A DNA stretch of 35,861 nucleotides from Gemmatimonadota bacterium. GTDB lineage: Bacteria > Gemmatimonadota > Gemmatimonadetes > Gemmatimonadales > Gemmatimonadaceae. Shown in pieces: positions 21,940 to 29,905 of the stretch. Position 1 is the first letter of the stretch, and each line of letters opens with the position of its first letter. Location: contig JANLSF010000657.1 of the NCBI GenBank assembly GCA_031362285.1, positions 1 through 35,861 of the forward strand, given 5' to 3'. The notes beneath the pieces are model-generated. The model was not told where the DNA came from, did no database searches, and saw only the letters and a program-made list of their open reading frames with translations. The translations under genes and the position numbers were made by a program.

Positions 21940-21968
21940 ATCCTCTCGCGCGGTCGGCGAATTGTCAA
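21940..21968 (-). promoter_or_regulatory. candidate sigma70-type promoter of the RHS/phosphoesterase operon
   Basis: The minus strand reads TTGACA (complement of 21963-21968), a 17-nt spacer, then GAGGAT (complement of 21940-21945). The start ATG at 21916 lies 23 nt downstream of the -10 element and is preceded by AAAGGGTG. This is sequence pattern only. Confidence 0.35.
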
Positions 21969-22320
21969 CGGCGGCGGCCGCACTGACAGCGAGCACCGCG
22001 GCGCGCCACACCCTCGACAGGCCCCGCGCAAGAGTTCTCACGCGCGGGGGTGGGTGGCGTCGGCTCTCCGCGTCGGCTCCGATCGCGTCGCGCGCGTGTG
22101 CGAACGGAAGGGAGCTAACGAGCCGTCACGGTCACGGGCGAGAGCGCCCTCGATAAAGAGCTGCGCCGTGTCTTCACCAACGCGGAAGAGCCGAGGCCGG
22201 TGTTTCGAGGAATACCGCATACACGCGCCGCCACCTGAACGTCGAACGCGGAATGTGGTCCGGCAACCATCGCGAAGCGAAACCGGTCCTCGTTCGGAGA
22301 TCTCCACTCGGGTCAAATTA

Positions 22321-22340
22321 CATAACCGCACTTTGCGTGC
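22321..22340 (+). repeat. copy 3 of the 20-nt motif CATAAC-N5-TTTGCGTGC
   Basis: cataac cgcac tttgcgtgc. It lies in the decayed region right of the RHS operon. Confidence 0.6.
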
Positions 22341-22421
22341 GGCGCGGCGACGCGGCATCCGCCAGGTGACGCGACCGCAATCGTCACGGTGACCGGCGAG
22401 ATCTCTGAGGGAGTGTGCTGC

Positions 22422-22703
22422 GGGGAGATGGATCCATCCTTCGGTTTCCGCAGCAGCGCTGATCTCCGGAGGAGGTGCGTCTGTGAATCCGAGTGCGGCT
22501 GCGCGTGCAACAAGCGCGGCGATGAGCGCATCGAATGCATCGTCCGAGCGACGGCAAAGCTTCCGGGCGTCTTCGGTGAGCTGAAGCCAGGGAACCTGCT
22601 TCTCCAACGAGTTCTGGTCACTTGACACCCCACGAGCGATCGCCTCCCAAAACCGCTGGCGATGCTCACGCCGTGCCACCGGCGGTCGACCAGGCGACCG
22701 CAT
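22422..22703 (-). pseudogene. chimeric debris: IS30-type transposase N-terminal HTH fragment joined to a DUF429-like C-terminal fragment
   Basis: One minus-strand frame holds two unrelated fragments. MRSPGRPPVARREHRQRFWEAIARGVSS (22620-22703) is typical of IS30-family N-termini. DARKLCRRSDDAFDALIAALVARAAALGFTDAPPPEISAAAETEGWIHLP (22422-22577) is typical of a DUF429 C-terminus. Neither is full length. Confidence 0.5.
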
Positions 22704-22773
22704 CGGCGGCCGCAACGCACGATCAGCCGGGCGACACTTCCTCGACCCCATCGCAACCCCTCACATCGAAGCG

Positions 22774-23953
<1,180 letters not shown>

Positions 23954-24362
23954 AACACGGCGTCAGTCGTAAATTGCGGTCATACCCCAGGGCCGTCAAC
24001 GCCAACCATGGCAGCAACCAACAAGATTGATTGCATTTCGAGACTCACAGTTCGCTCGCGGGATGTCACCCCGGATCGGAACCTCCCTCATCCGCGCGCA
24101 GCCAGCACCCCTTTTAGCGGCTGAGCCGCGTGGATAGCGGTCCGGACGCCGAATCGATCCGCTCCGAGCGAAGTCGGGGATTGTTCTGGACTGGTGATCG
24201 GCAGGAACGGCGGCGCTTCGATGTACGTGTTAGATGGGATGACCTGGCGAGCCTGAGCCTCACCCAGCGAGACGGACACTCGGGTGCGCTTGACGCCAGA
24301 AACGCGTCCATCTAGCTTCGACTGTGAGGCGCGGCGTATGCCCTGCCCGGATCGGAGGCTTT

Positions 24363-24585
24363 GTGCCCGGGCCATACATCCACATCAGCTCAATGTGGCA
24401 TGTGGCTGCGGACCCGGGTAGTGGGGGGCCCTACTCGCCGCTCGCCCAGCGATCGGCTCGACCCGGGGCGGGCGGGACCGAGGGCGGGCGAGCTCTCGGC
24501 GATCCTTCGAGCCAAGCCGAACTACGCCGCGCTCGGCGCCATCGGTCCGGATCTCTCCTTCTTCCTCCCCGACTTCCACGACTGA
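24363..24585 (+). pseudogene. N-terminal fragment of a zinc-dependent phospholipase-C-like protein (tentative), frameshifted and truncated
   Basis: GGAGG (24354-24358) precedes GTG 24363, giving VPGPYIHISSMWHVAA... A second frame continues with LRAKPNYAALGAIGPDLSFFLPDFHD and then stops. This resembles only the first ~70 aa of that family. Confidence 0.3.
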
Positions 24586-24736
24586 TCCTCCCGGGCGGCA
24601 CCCGGATACGTGTCTCAAGCGTGTTGACCGACGTCTGTCTTCGCCACAGCGAATCTCGCGCGATTATCAAAGGCTCCACGTCGGCTTCCACGTCAGCGCC
24701 CGGGACCTCGGCGAGGACTAGGGCCAGGTCCTGCGC

Positions 24737-25756
24737 GTGCGCCAGGTCCTGGAGGGAGGGACGATCGGCGGATACACTGTCGTGCTGACGGGGCCCGTTC
24801 CCCTGGTACGTGCGTCCGCGGCACGCCGGGCTCGCGTCCTCCGACGGCAGGCCGGCTTCGCCGGCCGACTGGCTCGGCGCGAGAGCCGGCGGGAGGTGGC
24901 CATCGGGTTCATCGACGGGTCGATTGCGGAGGGTCATCCCAGCCTGGCATCCGCCCGGATCCTCGTCGTCGACGAGGCTGCTGCCCGCCCGCTGCTCGCG
25001 CCTACCGCGACGGAGCACGCGACGTTCACCGCCTCGATGCTTGTGGGACAGGGAGAGGGCGTCCTTGGTCTCTGTCCGGACGCCCTTCTGCTCAGCCTCC
25101 CGGCAGTGAGCGCACCGATGCTCAGCGGCGCCATGCTTCCGGGAGAGGTCGCCGAGCGTCTGGCCGAGGCGGTGCGAGCCGCCGTGCGGGCGGGAGCAGA
25201 CGTCCTGCACATGGGCCTCGAGTTCGACGCGATGCCCACTCGCCACGCGGCTCCCCTCACCGAGGCCCTCCGCGAAGCGGTCGGGCGCGGGGTGCGAGCG
25301 GTGCTCGCCGCGGGGAACTCAGGCCTCCCGGCCGCGTCCTCGGTCCTCGCCGCCGATGGGGCTGTGCCCGTCGCGCTCGGCGGCCGGGCCGGGGATCCTC
25401 ACCCCCTCTCCACGTGGGGGCTGACGATCGGGAGACGCGGGCTCACCGCGCCTGGCGTCGATGTCCCCGGAGCCGTCCCTCCGGACGGGTACGCCCTGAG
25501 GTCCGGCAGCAGCTTCGCCGCCGCCTTCGTGACTGCGGGCTTCGCGCTCCTGCGCGCGGCCGGCCATGACCCCGATGCGGCCTGGGCAGCGCTGCTTGAC
25601 TCCGGCGGGCGCGGCGCGACGCTCTTTCCGCCACCGCTCGACGCAGAGGCCGCCGATGCAAGGTTGTTCACATCTCAAAGGAGGGCTCATGAATACGCAG
25701 GACATCGGGCTGCCACAGGACATCGGGCTGCCGCAGGCCCTCGCGGACGTGGATAA
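24737..25756 (+). CDS. subtilisin-like S8 serine peptidase, PatA-like
   Basis: D/H/N/S motifs occur in subtilase order: VAIGFIDGSI, EHATFTASMLVGQGEGVLGLCP, AAGNSG and GSSFAAAFVTAGFALL. The HxxxxASxxxGQ context resembles cyanobactin PatA/PatG proteases. GTG 24737 is the first possible start, and the real start may lie further downstream. Confidence 0.8.
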   Translation: MRQVLEGGTIGGYTVVLTGPVPLVRASAARRARVLRRQAGFAGRLARRESRREVAIGFIDGSIAEGHPSLASARILVVDEAAARPLLAPTATEHATFTASMLVGQGEGVLGLCPDALLLSLPAVSAPMLSGAMLPGEVAERLAEAVRAAVRAGADVLHMGLEFDAMPTRHAAPLTEALREAVGRGVRAVLAAGNSGLPAASSVLAADGAVPVALGGRAGDPHPLSTWGLTIGRRGLTAPGVDVPGAVPPDGYALRSGSSFAAAFVTAGFALLRAAGHDPDAAWAALLDSGGRGATLFPPPLDAEAADARLFTSQRRAHEYAGHRAATGHRAAAGPRGRG

Positions 25757-26633
25757 GCCGTGCTGCGACGAATGCGCGGCGCGAGATGCGGCGGCGGGCG
25801 AGACCTACGTCTACGCTTTGGGTCAGCTCGACGTTCGGTTCCCCACCATCGGCATCGAACGCGAGTACCAGCAGCGCCAAGCGCGCCTCCCGGCTCCTCC
25901 GAGCGACACGTCTCGCGGCGCCCGCATGCGCCGGGTGCTCGAGGCCAACCCACACCTCGCGGCGCGGGTCTGCTACCTCCTGGTGGTCTCCGGCGTGCCC
26001 GCCTACGTCCTGTCGCCCGGTTCGCCGCATCTTCGGGACAGCCTCTTCGAAGCCGTCGAGAACGCCGGCTCTCCTGAGCACTGGTGCCTGCTGATCGGCC
26101 GCCGGGGGCCCATCGCCGGGCCGGGCGTGTGCGCCGGGGTGCTCGCACCGATCGCGCTCTGCGATCAGCTCTACACCTTCTCGAGCGACGACTGGCTGGA
26201 TAGCCTCGAGGCCAGGGTGAACGGTGCGCTCGGTCCGAGAAAGGTGCCCGTCGAGGCCTTCCGCGCCACCACGCAGGAGCTTTTCGCCCGCATCGCGCGG
26301 TCCACTGAGAACATGGGGGCGACCGACGCGCACCGCGCACTCAACTACCTCCTGTTGCAGCACCCCGGCCTCTTCTTGGCCGGGGCGGAGCGGGCCGGGA
26401 CCAAGGATCTCTCACGGGTCGAGACACGTCTGGTGCAGGGACCCGGAGCCCGCCGCGTCGTGGCGGTCATCCTCACGTTCGTCGAGCTCGCTACGGGGGT
26501 GCCGGAGCGGCTCTTCACGCGCGTGGACGTCAGCGAGGAGTGGCCCTTCGTCGCGGATTCCTCCGACGGCGAGCGCGGCCCGCTCGGCCTCATGCCTTTC
26601 GTGGAGAACGAGTTCGTCGGGATGGCCTTCTAG
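25689..26633 (+). CDS. protein resembling the non-catalytic C-terminal modules of PatA/PatG-type cyanobactin proteases
   Basis: ATG 25689 is preceded by AAGGAGG (25677-25683, 5-nt spacer), and the ORF-track start 25566 is probably too long. YVYALGQLDVRFPTIGIEREYQQ ... NPHLAARVCYLLVVSGVPAYVLSPGS ... WCLLIGRRGPIAG parallels the remembered PatA/G pattern VYALGTIGYDFGTEARRDSF ... LIWTLNLELTPIYAIEP ... It overlaps the S8 gene by 68 nt in another frame. Confidence 0.65.
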   Translation: MNTQDIGLPQDIGLPQALADVDKPCCDECAARDAAAGETYVYALGQLDVRFPTIGIEREYQQRQARLPAPPSDTSRGARMRRVLEANPHLAARVCYLLVVSGVPAYVLSPGSPHLRDSLFEAVENAGSPEHWCLLIGRRGPIAGPGVCAGVLAPIALCDQLYTFSSDDWLDSLEARVNGALGPRKVPVEAFRATTQELFARIARSTENMGATDAHRALNYLLLQHPGLFLAGAERAGTKDLSRVETRLVQGPGARRVVAVILTFVELATGVPERLFTRVDVSEEWPFVADSSDGERGPLGLMPFVENEFVGMAF

Positions 26634-26635
26634 GT

Positions 26636-27547
26636 ATGCCGCTCCTTTCGCCGTCCGCCGCCTACCTCCGCCATTTCGGGGCGGCCGCGCACGCGAGCAT
26701 CGAGTACAGCTTCGACGCGAACCTGGACCGTCATGGCGTTACCGTGCGCGGCGGCGACGGCTTCGCAGGGGTCGTCGGCGAATTCGCGCGCTCGACGCCG
26801 TTCGCGGCCCAATGGGCGTGGGCGATCCAGCGCTTCGATCGCCGCGTGCAGCCCGACTCGTTCCTGTTCAGGGTCGACTGGTGCGCCGACGCGGTCCTCG
26901 CCCTCTCGCTGTACTGCCGGTTCCGCCACGAGCCCTCGGACGAGGCCTATGCAGACGCTATGCAGGCGGCCCGGCCTCACGTCTGGCAAGGCCCCGCGCC
27001 GGGCGTCCTCGCCGCGGTTCTCGGCGTTCCGGGACCCCGTGGGGTCGGATTCCGCGTCCATCGCTCCGGCGCCCTCCGTGTCTCCGCCTATTTCCGGGTC
27101 GATTCCCCCGTCACGATCCTTGGGCCCGATGCGCTCGACCGGCTCATGGACGCGAGTTCCTTCCCCGCGGAGGTTGCTGACCGGATTCTCGCCGACCTGG
27201 AGCAGATACATCCCGTCGGCCTCGCCGGCATCGTGGGGGTGGACGCTGGGTCGCCTGAGCGCGGGCATGCCCTCAAGTTCAACTCCCCCGACGTGCCGCT
27301 AGCGAACGCCCTGGCCTTCCTGTCGTCTAGAGGCGCCGAGCCCGCGGCGCTCGCCCGTCTGGGGATCGTCTCACGGGCGCTCCGGTCGCCGTCCGTGAGC
27401 TACCTCGGCACGCGCTACGACGCCGCGGGCTTCACCGGGTGGCGAGCCTACTTCTCGGCCGAGCCCGCACAGCATGCGACGGCGGAGGCACCCCGCGTCG
27501 TCGCCACCAACGTCACGGCGCAGCCGATGCGCCGCTCTCATCGCTAA
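26636..27547 (+). CDS. ABBA-fold (PT-barrel) protein, possible PatF/LynF-like peptide prenyltransferase
   Basis: ATG 26636 lies 2 nt after the upstream stop. The 303-aa product shows five beta-beta-alpha-alpha units. Strand pairs are IEYSFDAN/VTVRGG, FLFRVDW/LALSLYCRF, VGFRVHRS/LRVSAYFRV, GIVGVDAG/ALKFNS and VSYLGTRY/WRAYFSA. The fold and function call comes from this pattern only. Confidence 0.65.
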   Translation: MPLLSPSAAYLRHFGAAAHASIEYSFDANLDRHGVTVRGGDGFAGVVGEFARSTPFAAQWAWAIQRFDRRVQPDSFLFRVDWCADAVLALSLYCRFRHEPSDEAYADAMQAARPHVWQGPAPGVLAAVLGVPGPRGVGFRVHRSGALRVSAYFRVDSPVTILGPDALDRLMDASSFPAEVADRILADLEQIHPVGLAGIVGVDAGSPERGHALKFNSPDVPLANALAFLSSRGAEPAALARLGIVSRALRSPSVSYLGTRYDAAGFTGWRAYFSAEPAQHATAEAPRVVATNVTAQPMRRSHR

Positions 27548-27560
27548 AGGAGGTACTCCG

Positions 27561-27803
27561 ATGCTCCCAGGATTCACAGGCCTCTCCACCGCCCCCGTCC
27601 ACGGCGCAGGCCCCTCTGCCAACGCGGCCGTCCGACTCGCGCTTTGGGACACGCCGAGCCCCGAAAGGTGCCGCTACGCGAGGACCATCACGAAGTGCAC
27701 AGGAGTGGTGCTCTGGTGCACAGAGGTCTTCGTCTGCGTCAACGGCAGCGAGGAGCGCAAGACGCCGTACCCATGCGGAGGTTGCATCGGGTTCGATTGG
27801 TGA
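27561..27803 (+). CDS. 80-aa Cys-rich precursor-like peptide
   Basis: ATG 27561 is preceded by AAAGGAGG (27546-27553), starts 13 nt after the upstream stop, and ends 4 nt before the next ATG. By hand count about 65 of 80 third codon positions are G/C. Product: MLPGFTGLSTAPVHGAGPSANAAVRLALWDTPSPERCRYARTITKCTGVVLWCTEVFVCVNGSEERKTPYPCGGCIGFDW. It has no signal-peptide-like hydrophobic N-terminus, and all 6 Cys and 2 of its 3 Trp lie in the C-terminal 44 aa. Confidence 0.6.
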   Translation: MLPGFTGLSTAPVHGAGPSANAAVRLALWDTPSPERCRYARTITKCTGVVLWCTEVFVCVNGSEERKTPYPCGGCIGFDW

Positions 27804-27807
27804 CCGG

Positions 27808-28770
27808 ATGAACGCGTCGCTCGCCGGCTCCTGCTGGCCGGCGCTCCGCCGGGACGTACTGACGGCCGTCTCGGGAGGCGTCGCCTACCTCATCGACCAC
27901 CAGTGCGACGACGGCTTCTGGCGGGAGTACGATCTCGCTCCCGGCCAGAGCGAGGCATGGACGACGTCCTGGGTCGGGTCGGCAATCCTCGCTACCGCGG
28001 CGTCCAGCGACCACCGCACCTCTCTCGCCCGGGCCGCTCGGGCCGTCGCCGGCGCGGCCGCCGACGGCGGCTGGGGTTACAACCGCGCCTCGCGACCCGA
28101 CGCCGATTCCACCGCGTGGGCGCTCGCGTTCCTCAGCGCGATGGGGGTCGGCCTCGGTCGCGCGGGTCTGTGCTGCATGCGTGCCTACCTCGACGCCGGC
28201 GGCAGCGCGCACACCTTCCTTGATGACGACGCGGGTGGGTGGGGTGAGGCGCATCCCGACGTGACGCCGATTGCCGGACTGGCCCTGTTGGGCCTCGGTG
28301 CTCCGGCCTGCCTCGTCGACCTCGTCCGTGCCGCCGTCCTCGGATCGCCCCGCCCAGATGGCATTTGGACGTCCTACTGGTGGTCGACCGATACCTACGC
28401 GACGGCTTGGTCACTCAGATTCCTGGCCAGGTCGGGGGGTGTGCCCGCCAGTTGCGCCTCCAGCGGCGAGCGCTGGCTTGCACGCCTAGAGGAGGGTGGC
28501 ACCAGCCCGTTCGAGAGCGCCCACCGGCTGCTCGCCGCCACAGCGCTCGGCCTGCACGCAGCCGACCTTGCCGTGGATCTCGTCGACGAGGTTCTTCGGG
28601 GAGCATCGGCCGGGGGTGCCTGGCCACCCTCGGCCGCCCTCATGGTCCCGTCGCGCCGCAACGAGCCCGGGTCGGGTCCCCATGCCGACACCAGAGGGAT
28701 CATGACTACGGCCATCTCATCCGCGGCGCTCTGCGCATGGATGAGGGCCGCTGACGCGGTGCGTGTGTGA
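27808..28770 (+). CDS. single-barrel prenyltransferase/squalene-oxidase-repeat protein, class-II terpene-cyclase-like
   Basis: ATG 27808 is in frame with ORF 27439..28770, giving 320 aa. QW-type repeats are GGVAYLIDHQCDDGFW, AARAVAGAAADGGWGY, VRAAVLGSPRPDGIW and VLRGASAGGAW. The segment DGGWGYNRASRPDADSTAWAL (DADSTA at 28099-28116) parallels the squalene-hopene cyclase GGFAFQ...YPDVDDTAVVVWAL catalytic region. Confidence 0.8.
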   Translation: MNASLAGSCWPALRRDVLTAVSGGVAYLIDHQCDDGFWREYDLAPGQSEAWTTSWVGSAILATAASSDHRTSLARAARAVAGAAADGGWGYNRASRPDADSTAWALAFLSAMGVGLGRAGLCCMRAYLDAGGSAHTFLDDDAGGWGEAHPDVTPIAGLALLGLGAPACLVDLVRAAVLGSPRPDGIWTSYWWSTDTYATAWSLRFLARSGGVPASCASSGERWLARLEEGGTSPFESAHRLLAATALGLHAADLAVDLVDEVLRGASAGGAWPPSAALMVPSRRNEPGSGPHADTRGIMTTAISSAALCAWMRAADAVRV

Positions 28771-29123
28771 CCCCGTCGCGGTAGCGGTATGCCGTCGATG
28801 TCCGACGGGCGCGTGACCCTGGCTCGCACAGTACGGCGACCCGTTGGCGGCCGAGGTGTCGTAGAAGTAGCCGCGTTCGAGTACGACGTTTTGTCGCGCC
28901 CGCGGCTCAAACGGCTCCGCACTCTCCGTTTCCGTCGATTTGGCGAGCCCGACCCTCGTCGTCTCCGGTCATATGCACGATCGGGTAGCTGCCTCGAGAG
29001 CGGGCTGCTCGAACGTGTCGACGATCGTCCGACCCCTTTTGCCGCCTCGTCTTCAAGAACGCACTCGGCACCGACTTCGGCGATCGCGCTAGCTATCCGT
29101 TCGACGATGAGGGCCTAGACGGC

Positions 29124-29905
29124 TCAGGAGCCGATGAGGACGACTGTGTAGCCGCCGAAAACTTGACCGTCCTGACTTGCGCTGAGCCGGTAGACGTGCG
29201 CCTCCCCTGCGGCGGGTGGCGCATCAGTTGTCGTGCACGCGACCTGCTGGTCGTCACCGACAACGTGCTGCTGGTCGGCTCCCGCGCCCGTTGGGCGGCC
29301 GCCGCCGACAGCACCTGGCGGTGAGAGCACAGCAGCCCCGGTGGGCACGGCTTGATTCGGGAACTGGCCACGCGTGCCGGTGTGCAGCTGAAGCCACGGC
29401 ATGGCGCTCGGCGCGACGCGGGTCGCGGTCACCTGTGCGGACGCCCCGTAGAGCGGCCCGACCTTCAAAACCACCGGGGCGTGTGCCCCGGGAAGCGCCT
29501 GCAAAGGGAGACCCCCGCCAAGGGCCTGATCATCATCATCTGGCCGCCCACAGCGGGGACGACGTGGATGTTGCGCTGGCCGATGTGGCGGTTGAGAGAC
29601 GCATCCCAGGGCGGGTTGCCGAGCGCGTCGGAGGTGTAGTCCCAGGCGCGTACGAGCAGGCATTCGTGCCCGCCGTTGAGGAACATCGGCGTCCACGCTT
29701 CGGGGCACTTGACGACCTTATGCGACCAGCCGCTGCCTTTCGCTCCGAGCGACGCGACAGTCTGGCCGATGAGGTGTGCGCTGCCGGGCCCAATGCCGAG
29801 CGACGGGTCACACCAATAGAACTCGACGATGACTTCCAGGGCTTGGGCCTGCCCGAAGTTCCAGACATGCGCGTAGACGGTGACCCCTTCAGCTCGTTCG
29901 AATAC
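29124..29905 (-). pseudogene. 5-prime-truncated and frameshifted gene for an unassigned beta-rich protein
   Basis: One minus-strand frame reads EGVTVYAHVWNFGQAQALEVIVEFYWCDPSLGIGPGSAHLIGQTVASLGAKGSGWSHKVVKCPEAWTPMFLNGGHECLLVRAWDYTSDALGNPPWDASLNRHIGQRNIHVVP with no start codon. A second frame continues after the (ATG)3 / gatcatcatcatc tract (~29520-29535) with APVVLKVGPLYGASAQVTATRV...HVYRLSASQDGQVFGGYTVVLIGS. Its upstream end abuts the IS remnant. Confidence 0.5.

Noticed and set aside
24767-24793. Heptapeptide GGYTVVL shared between the N-terminal extension of the S8 protease ORF and the C-terminus of the pseudogene at 29124 (opposite strands). This hinted at inverted paralogous gene ends bracketing the operon
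   Set aside because: A single 7-residue match among ~70,000 six-frame residues with biased composition is within chance expectation. The surrounding similarity (GQV…, HV…SA.D) is too weak to count.
28789-29118. 109-aa plus-strand ORF after the terpene-cyclase-like gene. Coding-looking minus-strand snippets also occur (ALIVERIASAIAEVGAECVLEDEAAKG; FEPRARQNVVLERGYFYDTSAANGSPYCASQGHAPV)
   Set aside because: The plus ORF is Arg-rich with no SD and no motif. The minus-strand snippets lie in different frames and match nothing I can name. This is probably more decayed sequence and is not supportable as a feature.
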